A DNA stretch of 64,000 nucleotides from an uncultured bacterium (lineage in GTDB: Bacteria; Fidelibacterota; Marinisomatia; Marinisomatales; UBA1611). Below the pieces are notes generated by a model. The model was not told the DNA's origin. It saw nothing but the letters and a program-made list of their open reading frames with translations, and ran no database searches. Below are positions 39,718 to 51,097 of this stretch, piece after piece. Where the stretch lies: contig CALSPG010000010.1 of NCBI GenBank assembly GCA_943788175.1, positions 13,394-77,393 of the forward strand, in the 5' to 3' direction. Positions within the stretch are counted from its first letter, which is position 1. The number at the start of each line of letters is the position of its first letter. The translations under genes were made by a program, and so were the position numbers.

Positions 39718-40996
39718 TTAAGAAAATAGTTCATTGATATCTTTTACTCCATTAAAAAAAGAAGGCACTAAAAAGCGATTACCAAAGGAATCAAATAAGT
39801 CATTAGATTTTATTTTAAATTTATCTATACCATAATTTTCAATATATGAAAAAACACCTGGTTTTGGAAACCCCCAGCCGTATACACTGCCTACATTAGC
39901 TTCAGCTAGAGAATTAAGAACCCCCTGATCATAACAATTAAGAGCTTCAATTACTTGAGAAAATATCAAACGCTCGCACATTCGGTTTTTTGAAATTTCT
40001 TTACGATTTGATGTGATTTTTGTACCAAGGCCAGACCATAATTTTTTAACTCCATTTTCAGGATAGTCGTAAGAACCCTTTTTTGTTGATTCTTCCTAAT
40101 CGACCAAATTCATTAATCATCAAACTAAGTACTTCATCCCATGGCTGTTCTAAAAGTTTTGATTCTCCACTATCAGTATTTTTTCGTTCTTGATTTCGAA
40201 TGTTAAAAGCAACCTTTAAGCTAATCTCATCAAGGACAGCTAATGGCCCAACAGGGAAGCCGACCTCTTTACCTGCTGATTCTATAGCATAAGCATCATT
40301 ACCTTCATGAAGTAAAGCCATCCCTTCCAATGCATATTTCATAAAAACACGGGTAGTAAAGAAACCAGGAGCATCATTTACAACTACAGGTATTTTTTTA
40401 ATTGTTTTAACAAAGTCTAATGTTCTAGCCAACGTATTAGAACTTGTAAAATCACTTTTAATAATTTCAACAAGTTTCATCTTATGGACAGGAGAAAAAA
40501 AATGGATGCCAATAAAATTTTCTGGTCGAACTGATACTTTTGCCAATTTAGATATTGGAATGGTAGATGTGTTTGAGGAAAAAATGCTATTATTTTCTAT
40601 GATCTTTTCAGCAGCGATAGTTACGTCTCTTTTTAGAGCTGTATCTTCATAAACTGCTTCAATCACTAAATCACAGCCTTTTAAATCAGATACCTCAGTT
40701 GATACTTTTATACTTTCTAAACACTTTTCCATTTGACTATTTGAAAAGAAGTTTTGCCTAACATCATTTTTAAAAATTTCTTCAATTTTTGAAAACGCAG
40801 TTAATACATTTTTCTTTGAGTTATCTATTAAAATAACTTTAAACCCGTAATAAGATGAAACATAAGCAATTCCATGCCCCATTAGTCCAGAACCAATAAT
40901 TCCTATCTTTTTAAATTTTGATTTTAAGGATCCTGATGTTCTTAAAGATTTAATTTTAATCTCCTTTAAGAAATTTGAAAAAGTATCTTCTGTCAT
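39718..40996 (-). CDS. 3-hydroxyacyl-CoA dehydrogenase (FadJ/FadB C-terminal part, no hydratase domain); frameshifted
   Basis: GSGLMG, IEAVYED, SNTSTIPI, GIHFFSPV, D.PGF. Continues after about 2 indels (~40070, ~39990) as GFYDYPENGVKKLW...MCERLIF...ANVGSVYGWGFP. Confidence 0.85.
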
Positions 40997-41030
40997 GAAA
41001 TGTTTAAATTATTAAAACCACTAATTAATT

Positions 41031-42038
41031 TCATTTACTTTTCCCATGTTTTAAAACAATCCTACCGATTTGCTCCCCATTGAGCATCTTTTTTATCTCG
41101 GGAAACAGCTCATCAATAAGAACTGTTTTATGCAGTGACTTTAGATTGTTTAACTTCCAATCTGACCCAAATAATTTCCATATTTTAGATTTTTTATTAA
41201 TTGAAGTTTTCGCAGAATCAATACCCACCAATTGATTAGCTCTCAGAATAAAGGGATACACATTTGCATCAAAATTTGGACTACTTACATTGCCACAGCA
41301 TGCAATAATCCCACCATATTTCATGCTAACAATTAAAGCCGATAAAATAGAACCTCCAACAACATCAATTGCAAAACTCCAGGTACTTTTGCTTAGTGGT
41401 TTTTTTGTTGAATCAAGAAGATCACTAACTGAGACAACTTCGTTAGCTCCAATCATCATTAAATATTCTTTCGAATCTATGCTACTTGTTATTGCAGTTA
41501 CATCGGCTCCCATCATATTTAGAAGCTTAATTGCGATAGTGCCGACTCCTCCAGTAGCCCCTGATACAACAACCTTTTTACCTGAAATATCATTTTTTTT
41601 TATAATCATTTCAATGCATAGCCCAGCTGTAAGACCAGCCGTTCCAAGAATCATTGATTCTAGGCTTTGAAGTCCCTTTGGGAGGCGACAAACCCATTCT
41701 TTTGGCACACGAATATATTCTCCAAAGCCACCAGCGGTATTCATTCCAAGGTCATATCCTGAAACAATAACTTTATCTCCAACATTAAATTGCGAGACAG
41801 ATGATTTTTTAACAATACCAACAGCATCAATTCCAGGCGTGTGTGGATAGTTTTTTGAAACACCTCTGTTGCCAGAGAAAGAAAGAGCATCTTTATAATT
41901 TAAAGAGCTATGAGATACCTTAATTAACAAATCATTTATAGGAAGATCAACGATTTTTCTTTGTTTAATACTTTGGCTAAATGATCCTGTTGTATTTTTT
42001 TCAATCACTACAGCTCTAAATGTATTTTTATTTATCAA
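41031..42038 (-). CDS. YhdH/AcuI-family MDR oxidoreductase (acryloyl-CoA reductase-like)
   Basis: SSLNYKDAL, TPGIDAVG, GTAGLTA, GATGGVG, YPFILR...GIDS. Confidence 0.9.
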   Translation of the reverse strand: MINKNTFRAVVIEKNTTGSFSQSIKQRKIVDLPINDLLIKVSHSSLNYKDALSFSGNRGVSKNYPHTPGIDAVGIVKKSSVSQFNVGDKVIVSGYDLGMNTAGGFGEYIRVPKEWVCRLPKGLQSLESMILGTAGLTAGLCIEMIIKKNDISGKKVVVSGATGGVGTIAIKLLNMMGADVTAITSSIDSKEYLMMIGANEVVSVSDLLDSTKKPLSKSTWSFAIDVVGGSILSALIVSMKYGGIIACCGNVSSPNFDANVYPFILRANQLVGIDSAKTSINKKSKIWKLFGSDWKLNNLKSLHKTVLIDELFPEIKKMLNGEQIGRIVLKHGKSK

Positions 42039-42065
42039 ATTTTTATTTAATTCTTAAAGACTTAA

Positions 42066-43297
42066 TTAAGTTAATAACTTATTAATAGATTCCTCGCGAC
42101 CTCTTACTTTTAAATTAATGTACTTATCTCCATAATCAGTATCTATAATTTCTGCCTGATCTTGGATTTGAGATAAGATTTTTCCTTGATCATAAGTGAC
42201 CCTTACATTAAAAGTTTTAAATCACTTTCTATTTTTTTAATTAAATGAGATCTTATATCATCAAGTTTCAGATGATGTAGTGCAGATATAAAAAGCCCTT
42301 CATTGTAATCTGATTTTAGATTTTTTATGGTTGATTCATTATCAACCATATCTATTTTATTTAAAATAAAACTTTTTGAAATTTTAGCAGCACCAAGTTC
42401 TGATAGGACTTCCATAATAGTATCAAGGTGCTCGTTAATGATACTTGAGCTTGCATCCAATACGATTAAAATATGATCCGACTCTAACAATTCTTTAAGT
42501 GTACTTTTAAATGAGGCTACTAAATTGTGAGGCAATTTTCGAACAAAACCAACTGTATCACTTAACAAAACCTGATGTTTTTTATTTAATTTCAATTTCC
42601 GCACTGTTGTATCTAAGGTAGCGAACAATTGATCTTCGACATATACTTTGTTTCCAGTCAATGAATTAAACAACGTAGACTTTCCTGCGTTTGTGTAACC
42701 TACAAGGGCAACTCTATATTCATTATCTCTTTTTTGACTTTGAGTTTTTCTTTCTGATTCAATTTTAATTAAATCTAATTTCAATTTAGCAATTTTATCT
42801 CTTACTAACCTTCTGTCTATTTCAATCTGCGTTTCTCCCATACCAGCACGAGTTCCAACTCCTCCTCGCTGTCTTTCAAGGTGAGTCCATTGCCCTGTTA
42901 ATCGAGGCAATAGATATTGACATAATGCTAGTTCCACTTGAGTTTTGGCTTCTCTCGTTTTTGCACGCATTTTAAATATATCAAGTATTAATGCACTTCT
43001 ATCAATTACACTAATTTTTTTTGCAATCTTATGATAATTTTTAATTTGAGCTGGACTTAGCTCATCATCAAAAATAATTAAATTTGCACCAATAAGTTGA
43101 GCCTGATCTATAACCTGCAATGCTTTTCCTTTACCAATATAAAATGCAGGATTCACTTTTTGAAGTCTTTGAGTAACCAGACCTAATGTCTTAACGCTTG
43201 CAGTCTTAGCTAGCATTTTCAATTCATTTAAATGATTATTTACATCGACATCATTTACGCCGGGCAGAACTATGCCAATCAAGAGAGCCTTATCCAA
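42066..43297 (-). CDS. hflX: GTPase HflX; C-terminal domain frameshifted
   Basis: GETQIEIDRR, GYTNAGKST, LFATLD, DTVGF, NKID. After a 1-nt indel near 42220 the frame reads FKTFNVRVTYDQGKILSQI...KLLT* to 42066. Confidence 0.93.
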
Positions 43298-43306
43298 ATT
43301 TAAAGA

Positions 43307-45353
43307 TCAACTTTTAATATTATTCACATTAGGTCTACCAACCCATGTTTCTAATAAAAATAAAATTATTGCTAGAATTAAAAATAATTTCCAAAGTGCC
43401 TTACCATGCCTTATTTCATTAAAAATATTTATAAAATTATCGCTAGGGTTTATCCATTTATATTCTAGTTCTGGAAATAAAATATCTATCTCATTTTGAG
43501 TAATTTGATTAGAGATAATTTCATTAGAATTAAGTTCAGTTGTGAAAGAAGTGTATAATATTTTATTTTTATAAACATTATAAACGCCCAATTCATTAGT
43601 ATTTTTAATTTTTAGGCCCTCTTTACTAAAATCAGGGACTATTAAATTTTTTTATACCTGAAGGCGACTCCACCTCCCACTCGCTCTTTACTTCATTACC
43701 ATCTAAAGCAACCCATTTTACACTACCTAATTTGACAGCCATAGAATTAACCTCATCTGTGCCACCAAGAACTAATAGTTTATACATTAAAGGGACCAAT
43801 AATCCTCTAAACGGCATATCATTCCAATCTAAGTCTAATATAGATGAAAAATAAAAAACTTTTCCGTTCCCTCGTTTAAAATCAATTAGTAAAGGGTCTC
43901 CATTATTTAGCTCAAGATGCACTTTTTGCTTGGACTTGGTGGTGTGCTTTACATACTTAAAAATCTCAGGAAGCTCGTCACTCAATTTTCTAACATCTAA
44001 ATCATATATAGCATTATCTTTAATATTAGGAATTCGGACATTAAAACTTCCAAAATCAGATTTTATAATATCATGTGCTATTGGAAAATTTAAATTAGAA
44101 AAATATTTATCAAACGCGGGATCTGCTTCCATGCCACTAGAAAACCAAATTAGACCGCCTCCATTTTTTAAAAAAACATCTAATTCATTAAAAGCTGATT
44201 CCGTAAAAGCATCGGGATTATGAATGACTAGAATGTCAACATCTTCAACAAAAAGTCTATTAACCACGGGCTGCTTTCTTAGTTCATAATTTATCAGTTG
44301 TTTTTCAGGGTCAATAGCATTCAATATTAATTTAAAAATTTCTTTTTCGTTATCAGTATTACATACGACTAAACAATTAATTTTATTTAATATCGGAGTA
44401 CTAATATGCCAAATATTATCATTAGCATAATCATCCTTTGGTAGTTGGACACTGCCTTTTAGAATTCCTTTTTTACTTGGATATGCCTGAAAAACAAAAT
44501 CTTTATTTGAATTTTGCTCAAAATTAGAGATTACCTGTCCAACTCTATTTTCATCAAAAACTAAATTTATTGGAATATTCTTCATATTTTTAGAATTATG
44601 ATTGTAAATATTAGTTTTTATTTTTATCAGCTGATCAGGGACTTTAATTCTACTAACGATATCAAGATTATTTATTGACATATTATTATCAACTAATCCT
44701 GCATTGATAAAATAATATTTCCAATCATCTGACAAGGAATCAATAGAGATATCTTTTGTCTGAAAGTCGCTTATAAGAATACACTCTTTAATAGTCTCCT
44801 TAACAGTAAGAGTTTTAGTTAGTGAATCAACCAGAACCCAAATGTTATCAAAATTTTTAGAATTAGAAATTTTAATAATGTTTTTTTTATACTTTATGTC
44901 AATAGCTTTACCAGAAAACAAGATTTGAGGAGGGCAGGTTTGAAAAATATCTATGGTGGTATTTTCATCATAGAGACTTATTAGATCAATAGCAGTCTTT
45001 TTTGCTTTTTCTAAAAGAGAAAACTCACCTTTTTGTGCAGCCATACTTGATGAATTATCTATGACTAATAAAAGCCTAGAATCAATTTCTGCAGATAACC
45101 ATCCAGGCATAAATCCCTTAGTCACGGGCCTTGCCAACATTAGTACTAAGGCAGAAATAATACCTGCCCGAAGTAATAATAAAATTAATTTTTTAAACTT
45201 TACGCTCCTTATTGCATTTTTTTTCATACTTTTTAAATACCGAATAGAACTGAATTCTACTTTTTTGACATTAAGTTTATTTAAGAAGTGAATAAAAATT
45301 GGGATGCTAATTCCCAAAAGAAATAGCATCGCGGTAGGTGCAAGAAAAGTCAT
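43307..45353 (-). CDS. BatA-domain / vWA membrane protein; frameshifted near 43645
   Basis: N-terminal MTFL.P...PIFIHF...FSS...LLLLR...LARP; DNSSSM MIDAS-like motif; C-terminal LWK...LLETW in the downstream ORF. Confidence 0.85.
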
Positions 45354-45940
45354 ATTATCATACTAACTATGTACATTGCACAACCAGAAACAAGTGGTAT
45401 CGAAACATTATCATTAATATTAAATGAAATTAATTCTACAACTGAAGCAACCAATGCACCAAAAATTAAAATTTCAATATCTAATTTTTGATTAAGTATG
45501 AAACCTACTCCTAGACAAGCAATAAAGCAGGCAAATGAGCCAGACAAAGTTTTTTCCCCAATTTTAAAATAGGGATATTTAATACCAATTATTGCAGCAA
45601 AAGTATCCCCAAAGGATAAGAAGAATAGCGCAATTATGCAAAACGGGCTAGGAACTATGATTATTGATAACAAGGACCCAACAAAAACCCATGTTGCACC
45701 GGTTAAACTTCCTTTTTTTTCAAAATTTCTCATCATAAAAAATAAATATTTTTTAAAAACTTTATTAGTTTGAGGGTTATTCCTAGCATTTTCAATAAAA
45801 AAACAAAAAATCAACATCAAGGAAAGAAAAAGAATCATATCAATTTTTTCTTTAAATACATAAATGTGACATAGTGGTATAATCGCACTTAAAACATGGA
45901 TAAATTTTCTAAAAATTTCACTATAACCAATATTTGCCAT
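45350..45940 (-). CDS. SEC59/DGK1/VTE5-family CTP-dependent lipid kinase (phytol/dolichol/DAG kinase-like)
   Basis: EIFRKFIH, GDTFAAIIG, KTLSGS, NDNVSIP. Confidence 0.85.
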   Translation of the reverse strand: MANIGYSEIFRKFIHVLSAIIPLCHIYVFKEKIDMILFLSLMLIFCFFIENARNNPQTNKVFKKYLFFMMRNFEKKGSLTGATWVFVGSLLSIIIVPSPFCIIALFFLSFGDTFAAIIGIKYPYFKIGEKTLSGSFACFIACLGVGFILNQKLDIEILIFGALVASVVELISFNINDNVSIPLVSGCAMYIVSMII

Positions 45941-46695
45941 TAATCTACTATATTATTAAATATGTCTTGCATGTCAAGTACACTAATTGTTAAATCAATT
46001 GCTACGGATTTTTCAAGGACTGTTCCAGGCTTTAATGATTGATCTAAAACTGTATATGGAATTAAATCTTCATTTTGCCTGTAGTAAACTTTACCTAAAG
46101 AAAATCCAGACTTTTCAATTTCAACTATTGCTTTTTTTTTGCTTAATCCAAAAATATTTGGAGCTTGAAAAAAATTTGGAGGGACACCTAAACTAATTGT
46201 TAAATGAATACCCATACCCCTACTCAGCATATCACCACCTTTGGGATATTGCCATGTAACATTTCCGGCTGGAACATCAGAATTATATTCTTTATATACA
46301 GTATCTATTTCAAGTCCAACTTGACTTATATCTAGCTCTGCACTTCGTTCGGACCTGCCTATTAAATCTGGCACCATCACAGAACGCTCAGCATTCGCGA
46401 TTGTTAACCGTACCGTTCTACCTTCTTTTACTTTCATATTGGTAGAGGGATATTGATCTATAACAATACCTGGGTTAAATGCTGATGAAAACAGTGTATC
46501 TGAGACTAATCCTCTGTGACCCTCAGAGGACAATATATCCAACGCATATTCTAACTGTTTACCCTCAACATTTACCATATAACTCCCTTGCCCATGCCTT
46601 ACATATAATGGCATTAAAAGCGAATCAAAGAGCAAAACTGACACGATTATAATCGAACCTAGACAAGCAATATAATATTTAAGATTTATTCTCAA
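45940..46695 (-). CDS. PASTA-domain membrane protein (3 repeats)
   Basis: N-terminal TM; repeats with V.G / VPDLIG / PNIFG ... VIDQYP/TWQYP/VLDQS. Confidence 0.88.
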   Translation of the reverse strand: MRINLKYYIACLGSIIIVSVLLFDSLLMPLYVRHGQGSYMVNVEGKQLEYALDILSSEGHRGLVSDTLFSSAFNPGIVIDQYPSTNMKVKEGRTVRLTIANAERSVMVPDLIGRSERSAELDISQVGLEIDTVYKEYNSDVPAGNVTWQYPKGGDMLSRGMGIHLTISLGVPPNFFQAPNIFGLSKKKAIVEIEKSGFSLGKVYYRQNEDLIPYTVLDQSLKPGTVLEKSVAIDLTISVLDMQDIFNNIVD

Positions 46696-48013
46696 TTTTT
46701 CTTCTGTAAAACGGCAGCAAAAAGACCGTCCGTCTTTGTTTTATACGGCACTGCAAACATGAATCCATTAGAATTTACCCATTGATCAGGCAATAATGAA
46801 TGAGTTACTAATAATTTAAAATCTGATCTCTGTTTTAAAAATTTATTTACAACATCTTCATTTTCTTCTATTTCTAAAGAGCAAGTTGAATATACTATCT
46901 TACCGTTTGGAGATAAAAATTTAGCCATATGGTTAAGAATGTTAATTTGTAATTCTGACATCTTTTTTATATCTTGAGATCTTAATCGCCATTTTATATC
47001 TGGCCTTCTTCCAATTGCGCCCGTTCCAGTGCAGGGAACGTCAATCAGAATTTTGTTATAAGTAGGAAACTTATCTTTTGTTGCATCTAAAACCGACCAT
47101 TGAATGTTTTTATAATTGTGTCTTCCTATATCTAATATACCACTATCTACTCGTTTTTTATTTTTATCGGAAGCATAAATCTTTCCTCCTAATCCCACTC
47201 TTTGAGCCATATATAATGATTTCGTACCAGGAGCTGCACAGGCATCTAAAATAATATCGTTTTTTTAGGATTAATTAAGTCTACAACTGCACCTGATGCT
47301 GGATCTTGAATAGATATCTTACCATCTTTGAAAATTTCAGTTTCAAATATTTTTTCTTTACCCTTAATTACTTTAAAAAAATTTTTAAATTTACTTTGCC
47401 TTGATAGTTCTATGTTAATTTTTGAAAAATTAGAAATCATACTTTCTTCACTGATTTTACTTTCATCTAGTCTTATGTAAATCGGTGCTTTTTTTATAAG
47501 AAACGAACACAATTTTTCTGTATCGTATTTGCCAAATTGTTTTTGCCACTTTTTTATTAACCAATTTGGATATGCTAATTTTATGTTCTTTTCAAATAAA
47601 GAATCTTTCCAACCGCCATGTTTTGCATTGTGCCTTTGTATATTTCGCATAACTGCGTTAACCATAGATCCGGTTTTTTTATTAATAACTTTTTTTGCAA
47701 GATCGACACTTGAATGTATAGCAGCAAAATCAGGTATTAAATCATCGAAAAGAAGTTCATATATACCTAATCTTAAAACATTCATTAGCTTAGGTTGTAT
47801 AAACTCAACCTTTCTTCTAGAGCCTTTTTCAATGACAAAATCTAATATTCCGCGATAACGAATGACCTCATTTACACTAGCCTTTATACGATTTTTTTCA
47901 TTTTTTGATAGTATTATATTTTTAAAAGATTGCTTTATTAGGATGGGGACTTTTTCTTTTTTAGTATCAAAATTGTTAAGGATACCTAAAGCTATTTTAC
48001 GTGTTGATATCAT
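46692..48013 (-). CDS. rsmB: 16S rRNA m5C967 methyltransferase RsmB (NusB-like + MTase); frameshifted at an A7 run ~47260
   Basis: LRLGIYEL, VNAVMR, QD; adding one A restores PKKNDIILDACAAPGTK; DVPCTGTG and YSTCS downstream. Confidence 0.92.
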
Positions 48014-48938
48014 TAGAAAAATAATCACCTACTTTTATATCTGAACCTTTTAAAAATTCTTCAATAGTTAATCTTTTTTTCCCTTCTTGCTGTAATTCAA
48101 GAATCGAAACTAAGCCGTCTCCTGAATTCACTTCTACAGCTGAGCTACTAACACTATGTATGATACCAGCTTTTTCGACATTAGTATTCCTAACTAGTTT
48201 TACTTTAAATATTTTTAATTTCTTTTTGTTATATAAAGTATACATTCCTGGCCAAGGTGACAATCCTCGAATCCAGTTATTTATTTTATTACTTGACCAA
48301 GTCCAATCAATTTGCAACATTTTCTTAGTAATCTTTGGTGCCTTGGTAGATTTTGTATTGTCTTGTCTAAATAATTTTGCACTACCTAGCTCTATTTCGC
48401 TCAGTGCTTTTAATAAAGATTTACTCCCTAAAGTAGATAGTCTATTTGAAAGAGTCTCGAAGTCATCTTCATTCAAGATATCAATTTTATCTTGATAAAT
48501 AATTTTTCCAGTATCTACTTTTTTCTCAATTTGAAAAATACTAATACCTGTATTTTTATCTCCATTCATTAAAGCCCATTGTATCGGAGCGGCTCCTCTA
48601 TAACTTGGCAATATTGAAGCATGAATATTGACTGCTCCAAACTTTGGTATATCGATGTACCTCTGCGGTAATATTCTAAAAGCAACAACAATAAATATAT
48701 CCACTTTCAACGAAACAATTTCTTCATAAGTGTCTTCATCTTTAAAAGAACCTAATTCGATTAATCTTATTTTATTATCAATTGCAAACTGACCAACATC
48801 TGTGTGCTGGCGTGTCTTTTTTCTCCCCATTCGTTTTGGTGGATTTGATATAATAGCACAAATGTCGTGCCTACTCTTTAAAATTTCTTTTAGCGGGTCA
48901 ATAGAAAATCGAGGGTTTCCCATGAACGCAACTTTCAA
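47997..48938 (-). CDS. fmt: Methionyl-tRNA formyltransferase
   Basis: FMGNP.F, NIHASILPSYRGAAPIQ, DTG, IRGLSPWPG. Confidence 0.97.
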   Translation of the reverse strand: MKVAFMGNPRFSIDPLKEILKSRHDICAIISNPPKRMGRKKTRQHTDVGQFAIDNKIRLIELGSFKDEDTYEEIVSLKVDIFIVVAFRILPQRYIDIPKFGAVNIHASILPSYRGAAPIQWALMNGDKNTGISIFQIEKKVDTGKIIYQDKIDILNEDDFETLSNRLSTLGSKSLLKALSEIELGSAKLFRQDNTKSTKAPKITKKMLQIDWTWSSNKINNWIRGLSPWPGMYTLYNKKKLKIFKVKLVRNTNVEKAGIIHSVSSSAVEVNSGDGLVSILELQQEGKKRLTIEEFLKGSDIKVGDYFSNDINT

Positions 48939-48977
48939 TTTAGAGAGCCCTTGTTTTTTATAAATGAATGAAAGTTT

Positions 48978-49526
48978 TTATAAAACGATTTTTTTATCGT
49001 TAGAAATGCGTTTGATTTTGGCAACAGATTCATTTTTTATTTTATTGACATCAGATTGGACTTCCGATCGTTGAATATCACTAACTAAATCTATCATTAA
49101 AACACCATTGAGGTGATCTATTTCATGTTGTACAGCACGTGCTAAAAGTCCATTGAATTTTTCTTGATGCCATTTTTTTTCTAAATCTTGAAATTTTAAA
49201 GTGATTGTTTCTGGTCTAATAACATCTAAGGAGACTTGTGGAATAGATAGACAACCTTCAGAAAAGACACTTTCACCTTCATTAGAAATTATTTCACCAT
49301 TTATAAAAATTCTTGGAAATTCATCCTCATCAGTATGAGTAATGTCTATTATAAAAAGATGCATATCAACACCTACTTGGTTCGCTGCAAGACCTATCCC
49401 CTCTTCTTCATACATTGTATCAAACATATCATCAACGAATTTTGATAAGTTAATAAAATTCTCAACAGGCAAACATTTTTTTCTCAAGATGGGATCACCA
49501 TAGTGAACAACATCAAGTACTGACAT
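48978..49526 (-). CDS. def: Peptide deformylase
   Basis: GIGLAANQVG, EGCLS, QHEIDHLNG. Confidence 0.98.
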   Translation of the reverse strand: MSVLDVVHYGDPILRKKCLPVENFINLSKFVDDMFDTMYEEEGIGLAANQVGVDMHLFIIDITHTDEDEFPRIFINGEIISNEGESVFSEGCLSIPQVSLDVIRPETITLKFQDLEKKWHQEKFNGLLARAVQHEIDHLNGVLMIDLVSDIQRSEVQSDVNKIKNESVAKIKRISNDKKIVL

Positions 49527-49849
49527 TATTTTAAGTCCTCTTCATTAGTCTTACCAAACAGCCCTGCAATGGAGGATTTATTAAATGTTAGTGAAGTGCT
49601 ACTATCAACTTTAACAACGACAAGCTTTCCTTTTTCTTTAAAGCCACTAATCGTCCCGACTATACCACCAATTGTAATAATTTTATCTCCTTTACCAAGA
49701 TTGGTTATCATCAGGTCTTTTTCTTTTTGCTTTTTAGCTTGAGGCCTCAACATAAAAAAATATAGAATTACCATTATTAGTAAAAATGGCAAGAAACTCA
49801 AAATTCCTCCACCCTGAACAGATTGTGATTGTGCGAAAATAAAATCCAT
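49526..49849 (-). CDS. yajC: Preprotein translocase subunit YajC
   Basis: YFFMLRPQ.K, GDKIITIGGIVG. Confidence 0.95.
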   Translation of the reverse strand: MDFIFAQSQSVQGGGILSFLPFLLIMVILYFFMLRPQAKKQKEKDLMITNLGKGDKIITIGGIVGTISGFKEKGKLVVVKVDSSTSLTFNKSSIAGLFGKTNEEDLK

Positions 49850-49921
49850 ATATATCTATCTTTTAATTATATACAATTTAAGATATTATTAACATTATCT
49901 AATAATAGAAATCAAATTAAA

Positions 49922-51097
49922 CTATTTATTTGGAATTGTTAGCTCTATAACCGTGCCATTATTTATTTTTGAGTCCAAAACATATATTTTGCCTTTATGG
50001 ACTTCTTTAATTATTCTTTGACACAATGACAAACCTAAGCCCCACCCTGATTTCTTAGTACTAAATCCCGGTCGAAATATGTTTTTCCAATCTTTATTAG
50101 GAATGCCACAACCATCATCTGAAATTCGTACTTTCACATGAAAAGAGTCTTGGTCTAAATCAATAACAATTTCTCCATTTGATTTATTAATCGAGTCGAT
50201 TGCATTTCTTATTAAATTTTCAATTGCCCAAGAAATGAGGGTGCCATTTGCCCTTATTTGTATACCTCCATCAATATTATTTATCAATTTGACGTTGCCT
50301 CCCAGAGAAGGCATCCTTTTTTTAAGGTAAGCTAGTGTAACCTTGATTCTTTCTGACAAATCGAATATTTCCATCTCTGGATCTGATCCCATTTTACTAA
50401 ACCGCCTACTTACTTGTTGCAACCTATCAATGTCTAATTCAATTTCCGGTAATACTTTTTCTAAATTTAATGGTTTATTTTTAAGGTAATCAAACCACCC
50501 CATTAATGCAGAAACAGGCGTTCCTAACTGGTGAGCAGTCTCCCGAGACAGACCAATCCAAATATGCTGTTTTTCATTATTTCGAATAAAAGAGAATCCA
50601 AAAAACCCGATAAAAACAAAAACAGCAATAGATAGGAGCTCTATATAAGTCCAAATTTTGATTTTTTGAATTAAATGAGAGTCACCATAATGTAAAAAAC
50701 CAAAAATTATTGGTTCTTGATCCTGCCTCTCAAAAAGCAATGGTATTGGTTCGTTTATATCATCCATTGATTTAAGCATATCAGCTATTTGAACTGAGGT
50801 GCTAATATTTTTTGGCAAGTTTGTCCACATATTCGGGATATTGTTTCTATCGCTTTGAATAATTGGAAACTTTACCTTTTTTATTACATTTTCAAAAATA
50901 AAATCTATGTTTGAATCTGATTCATCGTTAACTGCGTTCGCAATTATCTCAGCATAGATTTTTACGACAGCCCTATTATCTTCCCTTAATTCTCGAGATA
51001 AATAATTAGTATAGGTAAATATTCCGATAGTTAAGCAAATGCCAACAAGAAATATACCTCCTTTGATGTTCCCTACCTGTCGGTAACTAGCAATCAT
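49922..51097 (-). CDS. Membrane sensor histidine kinase (no adjacent response regulator)
   Basis: Two TMs; ETAHQLGTP H-box, ENLIRNA, DDGCG, FSTK, GWGLGL. Confidence 0.93.
   Translation of the reverse strand: MIASYRQVGNIKGGIFLVGICLTIGIFTYTNYLSRELREDNRAVVKIYAEIIANAVNDESDSNIDFIFENVIKKVKFPIIQSDRNNIPNMWTNLPKNISTSVQIADMLKSMDDINEPIPLLFERQDQEPIIFGFLHYGDSHLIQKIKIWTYIELLSIAVFVFIGFFGFSFIRNNEKQHIWIGLSRETAHQLGTPVSALMGWFDYLKNKPLNLEKVLPEIELDIDRLQQVSRRFSKMGSDPEMEIFDLSERIKVTLAYLKKRMPSLGGNVKLINNIDGGIQIRANGTLISWAIENLIRNAIDSINKSNGEIVIDLDQDSFHVKVRISDDGCGIPNKDWKNIFRPGFSTKKSGWGLGLSLCQRIIKEVHKGKIYVLDSKINNGTVIELTIPNK

Noticed and set aside
42066-48013. Programmed ribosomal frameshifting or pseudogene status for hflX, rsmB and the batA-like gene
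   Set aside because: No known recoding in these genes, no stimulatory structures seen, and the pattern matches indel sequencing error.
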